A stretch of DNA of 64,000 nt from a virus. The DNA is taken from positions 1 to 64,000 of the IMG/VR virus record IMGVR_UViG_3300028898_000109, one strand, 5' to 3'. The translations under genes were made by a program, and so were the position numbers. The notes below the pieces were generated by a model. It had not been told where the DNA came from. It ran no database searches and was given only the letters and a program-made list of their open reading frames with translations. This document shows positions 16,768 through 26,384 of the stretch, piece by piece (within the stretch, counting starts at the first letter, position 1; the number at the start of each line of letters is the position of its first letter).

Positions 16768-18795
16768 ATGCGTAAAACTAAATATAAGTATTCAGATAAT
16801 TTATTGATTGACTTATTAAATGGCTTCTATCTTAAAGGGATGAGTTCTGAAGCTCTTGCTAAACAATATGGAGTTACTTCCACTTTTGTTAGGTCAGTAC
16901 TTAAAGGCGAACAAAGGTTAGAAGTTAAAACATTGTGGGAATCTAAGCATGGAAAGCATGACTTTGATTCATTTAAAAGAAAAGATCCTTTTGATAATGT
17001 TACAAAGGCGCAAGTTAAAAAGTTATTAGCTGAAGGTCTTAATTGCGTACAAATAGCGGAGAGTTTAGGATACACTGGAGTTCATGCTAAGGCCGCAGGA
17101 AGTAGAATAATTAGCAAGTTTGGTTTATCGGCAAATAAAAGAAAGAAAAAAGAGAGAATACCCAAAGAACCTTTTGATGAAAAAGTTAAGAGGATAGCAA
17201 AGGAAAAGGGAATTACCAAAGAGGTTTTAAAAACTCTGCATGTAAAAGAGTGTTTATCAATTCAGCAGATAGCAGATAAGTTTGAAGTTAAACATTGTTT
17301 TATTGGCAGATTACTTAGAAAATATAGGCTAAAAAAGAGTAAGACTCCGATACTAGATACTCTTGATATGCAATGGGTACTTAAGTGTTATAATGAAGAT
17401 GTATTGAGCGAGAGTGAAATTGCTAAAAGAATAGGTGTGAGCCGGGATACTATACGTGCAGCATTAGCAAGACACAAGGTAGTGAAAAGGGATAGGAAAA
17501 GAACCGTTGAAGTAACTAAACACACTTGGGTCAAGACTTATGGTCATGATAATCCATCCAAAGATCCGGGGATTAAAAAGATTATAAGTGAAAAAGCTAC
17601 GGAGAGATTATTAAACAATCCATATAATGGATCATCCAATTCAGAAAGAGAAATCTACGAATGGCTTAAGGAAATATATCCCGAAGCATTACTTCATTAT
17701 TGGAGTGATGAGTACCCATTTATTTGTGATTTTTATGTGCCGTCAGAGAAACTTTATATAGAATTTCAAGGTTATCCCACTCACGGAAAAGAACCCTACG
17801 ACCCTTCTAAGCATAAGGAAGTTACAAAATATTCAGAAACTTTTAAGGAGAAAGATAGGCTAAAGAGGACTACTGCCGAACGAAATGGTTTACAGTTTCT
17901 TGAGCTATGGTGGTCTGATTACATGCAAGGTAAAGAGTGGGTTAAATTTCTACTATGCAAAGGACAATTGCCTATTAACATAAAGACAGAGTACTTAGGT
18001 AAGGAGTTAACCTACATTAGTAACAAAGATGGCTCTACAGATCCTGTATCTTCTTATAATAGTATTGTGTTGCATTATCAGAAGCATTTTTATAAAAAAG
18101 AGAGATCTCTGTGGAACAATCCTTTTACTAGGAATAAGTTAATTGAGAACAGAGTTAAATATTTAGGTAAGCCAAAGGAATTAATAACCAACAGGCAATA
18201 TTTAGCTGGATTTAAAATAAGTGGTGCGCACATTGGGTTCTCCCACTTCAACCCCCTGATAGTTAAATATTTTGTCGAGAAGTATAATGTTAAGTCTATT
18301 TATGATCCATGTGCAGGTTGGGGTCATAGGTTATTAGGAGCAGCAGCCTGTGGGATTGAGTACACTGCTACCGATACTGATAAGCAAACAGTATTGGGCT
18401 TAAAGAACATGATTAAAGATCTTGAGTTGAAAAATTGCAAAGTGTATAACTGTAAGGCAGAAAGTTTTAAGCTTAAAAATACTTATGATGCTATTTTTAC
18501 CTGCCCACCTTATTTTACTACGGAGATGTACTCAGGTAAAAATACCTCCACATCCTTGTACCCTAAGTATAAAGAGTGGTTGAATATTTGGTGGAGAAGT
18601 GTGGTTCAAAATAGCTTGACCTGTAGCCCAAAAGTTTTTGCTTTTGTTACATCTGTCAAACTATCTAAGGACATGATTAGAGTATGTGAGCAGGAGAGAC
18701 TGACACTTGTGGAGTCAAATACACTACAAGCAAGAAAGTCCCATTTAGCTAAAAGTAAAAAGGCCGGAGAAGTATTATTAGTTTTTAGTACATAA
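16768..18795 (+). CDS. fusion protein: repeated HTH modules, PD-(D/E)xK-like nuclease core, DNA methyltransferase
   Basis: four to five HTH-like units in res 1-250 (e.g. LSIQQIADKFEVKHCFIGRLLRKY); SEREIYEWL..PFICDFYVPSEKLYIEFQGYPTHG (Vsr/DUF559-like core); DPCAGWGHRLLG (motif I) and FTCPPYF (motif IV). Confidence 0.6.
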   Translation: MRKTKYKYSDNLLIDLLNGFYLKGMSSEALAKQYGVTSTFVRSVLKGEQRLEVKTLWESKHGKHDFDSFKRKDPFDNVTKAQVKKLLAEGLNCVQIAESLGYTGVHAKAAGSRIISKFGLSANKRKKKERIPKEPFDEKVKRIAKEKGITKEVLKTLHVKECLSIQQIADKFEVKHCFIGRLLRKYRLKKSKTPILDTLDMQWVLKCYNEDVLSESEIAKRIGVSRDTIRAALARHKVVKRDRKRTVEVTKHTWVKTYGHDNPSKDPGIKKIISEKATERLLNNPYNGSSNSEREIYEWLKEIYPEALLHYWSDEYPFICDFYVPSEKLYIEFQGYPTHGKEPYDPSKHKEVTKYSETFKEKDRLKRTTAERNGLQFLELWWSDYMQGKEWVKFLLCKGQLPINIKTEYLGKELTYISNKDGSTDPVSSYNSIVLHYQKHFYKKERSLWNNPFTRNKLIENRVKYLGKPKELITNRQYLAGFKISGAHIGFSHFNPLIVKYFVEKYNVKSIYDPCAGWGHRLLGAAACGIEYTATDTDKQTVLGLKNMIKDLELKNCKVYNCKAESFKLKNTYDAIFTCPPYFTTEMYSGKNTSTSLYPKYKEWLNIWWRSVVQNSLTCSPKVFAFVTSVKLSKDMIRVCEQERLTLVESNTLQARKSHLAKSKKAGEVLLVFST

Positions 18796-18805
18796 GGAAA
18801 AGTAA

Positions 18806-19069
18806 ATGGCCAAGAAGTCAGTGACTAAACGTAGTAATCGTAAAAAAGTTTCTGGAAAATCAAAAGCTATTTCTAAGACATTATCACATAAAGAGCTATT
18901 ACTCTGCTCTACTAATTATTCCCCTAAAATCCGTTGTTGCCTTAAGTGTGCAAAGGATTTTAAATCACCACAAAAAGATATAAGATTGTGTTCTCCTTGT
19001 CGTTACGAAAATGAGAATGAATTTTATTTAGAACCGCACATTACACATTCCACATTGGTACGACCATGA
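18806..19069 (+). CDS. basic Cys4 zinc-ribbon protein
   Basis: Lys/Arg-rich N-terminus; CCLKC ... CSPC. Confidence 0.5.
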   Translation: MAKKSVTKRSNRKKVSGKSKAISKTLSHKELLLCSTNYSPKIRCCLKCAKDFKSPQKDIRLCSPCRYENENEFYLEPHITHSTLVRP

Positions 19070-19455
19070 CACTAAAAAACTTAAAAATTGGCGAGAGTAT
19101 CACCGTATTAGCAAATACCAAAGAAGTAGTTACTGCTGATACAGTTGGGTACTTTGGTAAATTTTTAGCTAATAAAACTAACTTACTATTGTTAAAGAAT
19201 GATGTGTTATTCGATAGCTCAAACTTGGGTCCAATATTTCGAGTGCAATTAAAAGGTAATTGTTATTACGAAATTATTATTTGTGTTAAGACCTACCCTA
19301 AAGTGTCTGCCACAATAACATTGATTTACGCTAATACTCCTCCTACTAAAACAGAGGAAAGATCTGGCGTAGCATATACAAATATGAGCAGTCTAGTTAA
19401 AGGTATTATACAGATTGAGATGGGTAAATACCCAGAAGCAAATAAGGCAGCGTAA
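19066..19455 (+). CDS. leader-tagged protein LT5 (MTLKNLKIGESITV...)
   Basis: ATGA overlap with upstream gene; variant of the shared tag (E for Q). Confidence 0.6.
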   Translation: MTLKNLKIGESITVLANTKEVVTADTVGYFGKFLANKTNLLLLKNDVLFDSSNLGPIFRVQLKGNCYYEIIICVKTYPKVSATITLIYANTPPTKTEERSGVAYTNMSSLVKGIIQIEMGKYPEANKAA

Positions 19456-19456
19456 A

Positions 19457-20080
19457 ATGAATCTAAGAAACTTAAAAATAGGTCAGTCTTTAGTTGTTAA
19501 AGCTAAAGTGCAGGACTACGCTAAACTCCTAAAAAACAATATTGAAAAATCCTTAACCAGTGCCTTTGTAACAGAACATAACAGTGGTGCAGGAGGTTAT
19601 GCCTACAAAGCTATTTTTACTTTTAACTTTCCTGTTGAACTAGTACCTAATAAAAAAGATATTGGGGAATTAGTCGTAGATGTTAATAATTTTTTATCTC
19701 GCAAAGGTTTTGAAGAAGCCTATAATCCATCTGTTGATATTGCTAAAAAATCCAAAAATAGTAAACTGGAAATAAAATTCACTTACTATTTTAGCAATCC
19801 TTTTCATGCTTATGCCTATGGGAGAGATCTAACTAGTTTTAGTGGGTTCAATGAAATTGATTTTCCTAAAATTAAATCAAGGTTGGACTATGCCAAAAAG
19901 ACAGTAAAAGAATTACAAAATAAACGAGAAGAAGCAATAAAGGCTCTAGAAAAAGATCACCCTACAGCCTCTAAAGAAGAGTCAAATAAGTTATGGAAAG
20001 AAAACTACGGAAAAGAATGGTTAAAATTAAATGAGATCGCCAAAGGTAAAGGTTTAGCTGGTTATAAATTTAGAAATTAA
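19457..20080 (+). CDS. leader-tagged protein LT6 (MNLRNLKIGQSLVV...)
   Basis: track frame 19415..20080 trimmed to the ATG one nt after the upstream stop; shared tag. Confidence 0.6.
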   Translation: MNLRNLKIGQSLVVKAKVQDYAKLLKNNIEKSLTSAFVTEHNSGAGGYAYKAIFTFNFPVELVPNKKDIGELVVDVNNFLSRKGFEEAYNPSVDIAKKSKNSKLEIKFTYYFSNPFHAYAYGRDLTSFSGFNEIDFPKIKSRLDYAKKTVKELQNKREEAIKALEKDHPTASKEESNKLWKENYGKEWLKLNEIAKGKGLAGYKFRN

Positions 20081-20094
20081 TTAAGGAGAACATA

Positions 20095-20352
20095 ATGAAA
20101 AAGTTAATCGCAAAATTGAATGAGAAAAAAATATTCCACGTTGTTTCCGCTGAAGGTGACAAAGTTGAAGTTTTGACTATGCCTGCTGACTTGGCTGACA
20201 AAGATAAGCAAATGCTGAAAGACTACTACGGCTTGGCTGATTACTCAGTACCTAAAGCACAGAAAAATCCTTTCATCAACAAAGCTTCTACTTTGTTTAG
20301 CAATAAACCAGATGGAGATCCTTTCCGTAAGGCTGCTCCTAAGGCTAAATAA
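20095..20352 (+). CDS. hypothetical protein
   Basis: 85-codon ORF, AGGAG RBS. Confidence 0.55.
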   Translation: MKKLIAKLNEKKIFHVVSAEGDKVEVLTMPADLADKDKQMLKDYYGLADYSVPKAQKNPFINKASTLFSNKPDGDPFRKAAPKAK

Positions 20353-20468
20353 GGAATTTAAAAAATGAATTTAAGCAAACTAAAATTGGGCCAGACAATC
20401 TACATCCAAAAGGAATTTAAAAAATGAATTTAAGCAAACTAAAATTGGGCCAGACAATCTACATCCAA
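20351..20468 (+). repeat. perfect 59-bp tandem direct duplication (20351..20409 and 20410..20468) covering RBS plus leader codons
   Basis: AAGGAATTTAAAAAATGAATTTAAGCAAACTAAAATTGGGCCAGACAATCTACATCCAA occurs twice back to back. Confidence 0.95.
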
Positions 20469-21131
20469 GCGGATGCTAAAAAGAGATTTGAAACCTACAA
20501 GAAACTTCACCCAGCTACTAAAAAAACAGTGCAAGATTTTGAGTCCGAGGAGCCAAGTAATGAAAGAAGATCTCCAGAAAAAGTAAAAGAAGACTCAGCC
20601 AAAGTTCAGAAGGATTATAATGATTTTGAGGCAAAAATGATTGATAAATATTCTAAATTGGCAAGGAAACCAGGACAACCGAAAATAGATAATATCACGG
20701 ATGTCCTCGATCACATGTCTCCTCAAGAGAAAGCTAAAATAAAGGAATTGAGAAAACCTGTTTCAGTGCATGAGGGTAGACACAGAGCAAAACAGGTAGA
20801 AAAAGTAAAAAAGCAAACTCCCGTAGCGGAAAGTCACCCAAAAGTTAAAGAGGCAGGTGAGAAAATTGCGAAAAGCCCGGAGTTTAAAAATGAAATTAAA
20901 AAGTTTATGAAGGATGACATACTCATGAAAGAGTGGAAAGGACAACCTTCTGACTCAGATTTTCTGCAATTGGCAAAAGATCTTACTGAAAAACAAAAAG
21001 ATCTAGATGTTCTTGACTTTTCAGATTCAAACAATCTTAAGCATGAAGCAGTTCGTACTGCTCTTGTTAAGCCTGCCGTTAAATACCTGAAAGATAATTG
21101 GAAAGCAATCCAAGACGGTACGTTGAAATAA
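20424..21131 (+). CDS. leader-tagged protein LT7, Lys-rich (paralogous to LT11 over YKKLHPATKKT)
   Basis: MNLSKLKLGQTIYI tag; starts in the second copy of the 59-bp repeat. Confidence 0.6.
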   Translation: MNLSKLKLGQTIYIQADAKKRFETYKKLHPATKKTVQDFESEEPSNERRSPEKVKEDSAKVQKDYNDFEAKMIDKYSKLARKPGQPKIDNITDVLDHMSPQEKAKIKELRKPVSVHEGRHRAKQVEKVKKQTPVAESHPKVKEAGEKIAKSPEFKNEIKKFMKDDILMKEWKGQPSDSDFLQLAKDLTEKQKDLDVLDFSDSNNLKHEAVRTALVKPAVKYLKDNWKAIQDGTLK

Positions 21132-21181
21132 CACAGTAACAGTAGACCCCGTGGAAGTAACTAAATTCTAAGGAAAGTGAA

Positions 21182-21748
21182 ATGAATCTAAGCAAACTAA
21201 AAGTGGGCCAGACTATCACTCTTGGTAAGACTGGCAGGGGTGGTCCTTCGTTCGACGACGAGCCTAATGGAAATGTTAAGTTATTTTCTGCCTTGGTATT
21301 AGCAGATCCTTGCCTCTCTTACATAGCAAAAGATCCTATCCCAAACTGTCCATCTTCCATGGCTAGCTCACAAAATATTAAACTATTTGGTGCGAAGTAC
21401 ATAAAGCCTCTTGAAAACGCATTGGCTAAAGTAGCTAAAGCTTACGCTAAAAAGTTAGAAACGGAAGATACTCCAGCTCCTGATATAAAAGAAATTGTAT
21501 CCGCAGCAATAAGCTACTCCTGCGAATCTTCAAATTTTCATGCATACAGTGAATGGAACAATGTATACTGGGTCTCCTTCCTGAATGGCGAACTCTTTTC
21601 TCCAAGGAATTTAGATTTTGATTTCGCCAAAAAAGATCCTGAAGTAAAAGCTTGTATTGCGGCAACAAAAAAGGCAATCGCAGCATTATTAGTAAGTATG
21701 ACACCAATCGCAAATAAAGACCCTATCAAAGATTACGACGACAGATAA
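21182..21748 (+). CDS. leader-tagged protein LT8 (MNLSKLKVGQTITL...)
   Basis: shared tag; AAGGAAAG RBS. Confidence 0.6.
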   Translation: MNLSKLKVGQTITLGKTGRGGPSFDDEPNGNVKLFSALVLADPCLSYIAKDPIPNCPSSMASSQNIKLFGAKYIKPLENALAKVAKAYAKKLETEDTPAPDIKEIVSAAISYSCESSNFHAYSEWNNVYWVSFLNGELFSPRNLDFDFAKKDPEVKACIAATKKAIAALLVSMTPIANKDPIKDYDDR

Positions 21749-21774
21749 TTTAATTTTCAGTATTAGGACATAAA

Positions 21775-22476
21775 ATGCGCATTCTAGCATTCGACATGGG
21801 ATTACGTTCAACCGCTTGGGCTATAACCGAAGCAGGAGCACTGGTTGAATGCGGAATGATGCAAAATCCTATTTCAGAGCTTACCGAGCAATTTAATAGA
21901 CAAAAAAGAAAGTTTATTAGAGAATGTAAAGTTCTGTTTAGTAAGCTATCAGAAGACTCAGTTGTCCTAGCTGAGAGATTTCAAATGAGACAATTTAACA
22001 GTGGTAAGCAGATTGAGTGCGTATCAATTATGCTTGGCTTGATAGCCGCTACATCCCCTGTTAAAACTTATTTGATTATACCTGCTGAATGGAAAAATAG
22101 TTATCTCCGTAACTACAGTGAAAATGTTATGGAGGTAATACTCAGGGACGATTTCAATGAGCATGAATGCGATGCAATTGGATTGTCCCTTTGGTATTAT
22201 GAGCAGAAGCTAGGTGAGAAAAGTGCTTGGCTTGCTGGTTATTTCCCTATAGAAAAAAGCTGTAAGAGATGTTGGTATAGATACAATGGTTGTAAGGGTG
22301 TGAAAGAGAAAATCTGCCCTTCTTTCCTTGAGATTAATAAGCAATCAAAATGCGCTAAATGTAAGTATATAGAGCCTTGCAAAAAAGAAATAGAAAAAGA
22401 ATATGGTAAAGGTCAAGTTAAAAAATTTAAAAGAACAACTCATGGCTGTTCTGAATTTAAGGAAATTAAAAAATGA
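21775..22476 (+). CDS. RuvC-like Holliday junction resolvase with C-terminal Cys-rich extension
   Basis: MRILAFDMGLRSTAWAI N-terminus and ..HECDAIGL.. are typical of RuvC-fold resolvases; C-terminus has CKRC..CKG..CPS..CAKC..C. Confidence 0.55.
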   Translation: MRILAFDMGLRSTAWAITEAGALVECGMMQNPISELTEQFNRQKRKFIRECKVLFSKLSEDSVVLAERFQMRQFNSGKQIECVSIMLGLIAATSPVKTYLIIPAEWKNSYLRNYSENVMEVILRDDFNEHECDAIGLSLWYYEQKLGEKSAWLAGYFPIEKSCKRCWYRYNGCKGVKEKICPSFLEINKQSKCAKCKYIEPCKKEIEKEYGKGQVKKFKRTTHGCSEFKEIKK

Positions 22477-22862
22477 AACTAAGTAACTTAAAACTAGGCC
22501 AGAGCCTATTGATAAAAGCAGCATCAGACGCCAAATGGGGTTTTGACCTTACTAATATTAAAGCCGATGACTGGAAAAAGATTTTAGATTTTATTGGTTT
22601 TAATTATCATACTGAAAAACCTAAATTTGGCTCGCATTCTTTAGCGTGGATTTGGCAAGGTAAAACCATAAAAATTCATACAGACAATGATCCTATCTCT
22701 GGTAAGTACTCTACTGGAAAAAGAAAACCTGAAAAAGACTATGCCTCTTACATCGGTATCTATGGCAAAGATAAAAAAGAAGTGGCTAAAGTAGCCAAAA
22801 TGATTAGAGACTTGGCTATAAGTATTAAAGACGAAACACCAAATGAAAGTAGGTTTATCTAG
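22473..22862 (+). CDS. leader-tagged protein LT9 (MKLSNLKLGQSLLI...)
   Basis: ATGA overlap with upstream stop; shared tag. Confidence 0.6.
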   Translation: MKLSNLKLGQSLLIKAASDAKWGFDLTNIKADDWKKILDFIGFNYHTEKPKFGSHSLAWIWQGKTIKIHTDNDPISGKYSTGKRKPEKDYASYIGIYGKDKKEVAKVAKMIRDLAISIKDETPNESRFI

Positions 22863-22863
22863 T

Positions 22864-23373
22864 ATGAAACTAAGCAATTTAAAACTTGGGCAGACAATAA
22901 CTGTAAAATCAAACATAGCTTATGACGAATACTTCCAAGAAAAGCTAGCTAAGTACGGCGTTAAATCTCCTGCTGAATTATCTGAATCTGACAAGAAAAA
23001 GTTCTTCGAAGATGTCGATAAGGAATGGAAATCCAAAGAGGAGTCTAAGGAAGTAAAAGCTAATATCCCTGATAATAAATGGGGTCAATTTCTTTCTTTG
23101 GGTACTGGCCTTACAGTAGAAGAAGGATCTAGCACATCAATACTTTATTATACACCAACACCGGGTATGGAATACAATGCTACTTTAATAGGTGTTAGAA
23201 CTGACAATCTTTACGCAATTCAGTTGAGGGTAGACTTACACCCTAAAGTAAAATCAATTCTTTCTTTAGGTATATACGACTCAAATAATCCTAAAAAAGT
23301 ACCTGTAGTTACGGACTACACTTTAAAAGGCATTAAGGCTTTAATTGCTGACATTAAAAAACTCGAAAGTTAA
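22864..23373 (+). CDS. leader-tagged protein LT10 (MKLSNLKLGQTITV...)
   Basis: track frame 22843..23373 trimmed to the ATG just after the upstream stop; shared tag. Confidence 0.6.
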   Translation: MKLSNLKLGQTITVKSNIAYDEYFQEKLAKYGVKSPAELSESDKKKFFEDVDKEWKSKEESKEVKANIPDNKWGQFLSLGTGLTVEEGSSTSILYYTPTPGMEYNATLIGVRTDNLYAIQLRVDLHPKVKSILSLGIYDSNNPKKVPVVTDYTLKGIKALIADIKKLES

Positions 23374-23392
23374 AAATTTAAAAGGTAATATT

Positions 23393-23728
23393 ATGCAAGA
23401 ACCAATACTTGAATACGTTGAAGAAAAATTTAGATTCGGTCAAATTGAATTTACTCGTTCCGAGTTAGAAGAGATTGCTGAATTTGTAGTTAGTAAACAT
23501 GAAGGTTTGGCTTTGGATACTTCATTACCTCATGAAGTTAGACTGTCTGCTCCTTTGCAAAAAGCTTTATCCCTTAATCTGTTTCACGCTTCTTCTGTGG
23601 GAGTATTGGCGACAGAGACAGGTAAACAACTTTTTCAAAGATTTAAAAAGCAAGAAATTACCCATAGATTAAAATATCGAATTTCTGAACCCATGCAGAA
23701 AGATTCACAGGATGAAAACACCAAGTAG
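23393..23728 (+). CDS. hypothetical protein
   Basis: track frame trimmed to the first ATG (MQEPILEYV). Confidence 0.5.
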   Translation: MQEPILEYVEEKFRFGQIEFTRSELEEIAEFVVSKHEGLALDTSLPHEVRLSAPLQKALSLNLFHASSVGVLATETGKQLFQRFKKQEITHRLKYRISEPMQKDSQDENTK

Positions 23729-24278
23729 TTTGCTATCGTTAGCAGTTTTACTTAAGCAGTCGGGATTTCCTATGGAAGCTAAGCGTATTTCCGCTATGGC
23801 TGAAAAGGAAATGGAGGCTGCCTTTAACACTAATGATTTAAACAACGATCGACCACAACCGCAGTTTACTATGACACAAAATAAGTGTGGCAGTTGTGGT
23901 GCTTTCTTACCTCCTGTTGCAAACTTCTGTCCCTTGTGTGGCAATAACTTACAAAATATGTTACCGTCTGATACGCTCCAGCTCCACCAACCTAATGTAG
24001 AACAGCCTAACAATGAATTGCCTCACTTTGCCGTTTCTCCTTCTCCTGTTACTCAAGATGCATCCTCCATTGATACCGCCATTATTGTTAGGCCGAAACA
24101 TAGTAAGGACAGTACACCTGTTTTGGTACTCGAACCTGTGTCAGCACCAGAGCCAGAAGTAGTAGTACCCAATGTTTTCCCTTCAAAAGAGGCACTATCG
24201 GAAAATGATAATTTAGCTATGGCACGTATTCAAGCTAAATTATTTTTACGCGGCTTTGACCCGGATCTTATAAAGTAG
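23712..24278 (+). CDS. zinc-ribbon, Pro-rich protein
   Basis: CGSCGAFLPPVANFCPLCGNNL. Confidence 0.5.
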   Translation: MKTPSSLLSLAVLLKQSGFPMEAKRISAMAEKEMEAAFNTNDLNNDRPQPQFTMTQNKCGSCGAFLPPVANFCPLCGNNLQNMLPSDTLQLHQPNVEQPNNELPHFAVSPSPVTQDASSIDTAIIVRPKHSKDSTPVLVLEPVSAPEPEVVVPNVFPSKEALSENDNLAMARIQAKLFLRGFDPDLIK

Positions 24279-24285
24279 AGACAAA

Positions 24286-25698
24286 ATGGTATCCTTATTC
24301 CTTAGCACATTGTACAGTGAAGAAAGCGATTCAATAATTGTGAATTGCTTTAAAAGGGATGGGAATACTATTCTGCCTATTATTGACGGTGTATTGCAAT
24401 TGAAATCAGGTGGAGAAATAATTAAGTCTATACCTATTGATGGCATTCCTACTAACATTGAATTTTTACATCCCTCGGTTATTTCAAGTTTGACTATCCG
24501 CGCAATAGTTGATAGCTTAAACGCCGAAATACCCATTTCATTAACTGAGATGGTGGAGTATACTCCTTTAGACTTTGAAGGTAACGAGCGTCTACATGCA
24601 CGTCCTGTGCTCCCAGAAGATGTCAAAAACGTTGAAATACAATCTCCCTTCATATTGTACGTTGACTTCAATAATGACCCTTTAGTCATCGAAGGGGACA
24701 ATTTTATTGAGTACACAGGTGGAAACCGTTTTGTGTTCGACGAGCATGGCAAATTAGTAATTCAGCCTATGAATACTTTGGTACCTGCAACTCAAAACTA
24801 CTCTGAATTATCTGCAAATAACCTATTCATTGCTCCGGCATTACCAGCTCTTCCTTTCAGCCTTGACAATTGCATTAACTACGGTGCTAACGTTTTTGCT
24901 GAAAATAAAATATCTGACGTTACTAAAACTTATAAAGTCACTGGCCTAGGTGGTGTTGACGGAGGTATCAATGCAGGTACTCTCCAAATAGACTCAATAC
25001 CCACAAGTGTCACAGGTACAGTAACTCTACAATTTTTACTATCGTTACTTATCAATCCTACCAATATACCAAAATTTCGCGTGATTGCGGAAATTAAATC
25101 TGGTGTTACAGTTATTGATAGCTCTAACGTACAATATGATAGTTCAGATTATTTGACTGATAATATAGTGTCTGCTACTTTAACTGGTACTGGTGTTTTG
25201 ACTTTCAAAATATTGTTTGAAGACTTAATGGTAGGAGAGACATTAACTGCATTTTTGACAGTTCCTCAAATTGCTAATTTACCATTTGTTACCACCTTTG
25301 CCAATATGTCACGAGTTAAAGATGTGTATGCAATTGATACCACTTTAGATTTCGATGCCTCTACTATCGAAATTGGCTTACAAACTGATAATACACAAGA
25401 CTGTGTACTGTTTGATGCGGGCAATATAAAAGGTAGTTATACTGTGGGTAATGTCGTTTTTCAAATTGGGGCAAGCACTATTATGACACCACTGGCAATT
25501 AATACTGTGAGTACAATTGCCTTTGACTTCAATAAACAAGATGGTACTATGACAATATCAGCGGACGATGTTGTGTTGTTGAGTTCCTCCGTAGCCTTCA
25601 CTTTGACATCTATCGGCAAAATGTTTATCGGATGTGATAGCGCAGGCAATAATCAATTTAATGGCTTATTAAATACATTTAAAATACTACGTGGATAG
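24286..25698 (+). CDS. beta-rich structural-type protein with LamG / concanavalin-like C-terminus
   Basis: C-terminal FIGCDSAGNNQFNGLLNTFKILRG resembles the end of LamG-type lectin domains; Thr/Asn/Val-rich. Confidence 0.4.
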   Translation: MVSLFLSTLYSEESDSIIVNCFKRDGNTILPIIDGVLQLKSGGEIIKSIPIDGIPTNIEFLHPSVISSLTIRAIVDSLNAEIPISLTEMVEYTPLDFEGNERLHARPVLPEDVKNVEIQSPFILYVDFNNDPLVIEGDNFIEYTGGNRFVFDEHGKLVIQPMNTLVPATQNYSELSANNLFIAPALPALPFSLDNCINYGANVFAENKISDVTKTYKVTGLGGVDGGINAGTLQIDSIPTSVTGTVTLQFLLSLLINPTNIPKFRVIAEIKSGVTVIDSSNVQYDSSDYLTDNIVSATLTGTGVLTFKILFEDLMVGETLTAFLTVPQIANLPFVTTFANMSRVKDVYAIDTTLDFDASTIEIGLQTDNTQDCVLFDAGNIKGSYTVGNVVFQIGASTIMTPLAINTVSTIAFDFNKQDGTMTISADDVVLLSSSVAFTLTSIGKMFIGCDSAGNNQFNGLLNTFKILRG

Positions 25699-25727
25699 TT
25701 CAAAATAATTAAAGGAAAGGGCATAAA

Positions 25728-26384
25728 ATGAATTTAAAATCTTTGAAACTAGGTCAATCACTATTCATTCAGGCTATTACTTTTGAAAAGTATAAAAAAT
25801 TACACCCTGCTACTAAAAAAACTAGCAATGATCCAATGTTTACAGGTAAGGAAGGTAAGGAAGGTAAAACATCTAAGGCACCCAAGAGTACAAAGGAACA
25901 GGAACGGGTAAAAGAAATTAAGGAATTAGAGGATACTCTAAATAAGAACATAACATCCATAAATGCCCTTCACATCAAAAAAAAGAAACTGATGGACGCA
26001 GAGCCAGAGGAACACTACAGTAAGATAGATCACAATAATATAGCGGAGATGGATTCACAAATAAAACAATTGGATGACGATATTGCTAAGGGATTTGGTA
26101 AAGGAGATGATTCACCTTATATTATCAGATACTACTTACAGTCTAAAAAAATTAAAAATCTTATATCCCAAGGTGAAAGTTCCCCCACAAATATGTGGGC
26201 GGATAAAGTGCCTAGCCTTAAAGAAAGCTTAGACAAGATCCCAGAAGTGTCGGAGAAAGACTTAAAAGAAGCTTCAAAAAAGCTACAATTGAGCAAATTG
26301 GACCATGAGATTTCTAAACTTTCTAATGCTATAACGTCAGACCGCTTTAAACTTCAGAAGTATAACGTGGGTAGTTTAAAATAA
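25728..26384 (+). CDS. leader-tagged protein LT11, Lys/Glu-rich
   Basis: MNLKSLKLGQSLFI tag; YKKLHPATKKT shared with LT7. Confidence 0.6.
   Translation: MNLKSLKLGQSLFIQAITFEKYKKLHPATKKTSNDPMFTGKEGKEGKTSKAPKSTKEQERVKEIKELEDTLNKNITSINALHIKKKKLMDAEPEEHYSKIDHNNIAEMDSQIKQLDDDIAKGFGKGDDSPYIIRYYLQSKKIKNLISQGESSPTNMWADKVPSLKESLDKIPEVSEKDLKEASKKLQLSKLDHEISKLSNAITSDRFKLQKYNVGSLK

Noticed and set aside
20351-20468. Possible CRISPR-like or satellite array
   Set aside because: There are only two directly abutting copies, with no spacers and no further repeats, so it is a simple tandem duplication.
23705-24752. Minus-strand ORFs 23705..24013 and 24246..24752 within the + block
   Set aside because: They are antisense to well-packed + strand genes (23712..24278, 24286..25698). 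They have no RBS and a Cys/Ser/Leu-rich composition.
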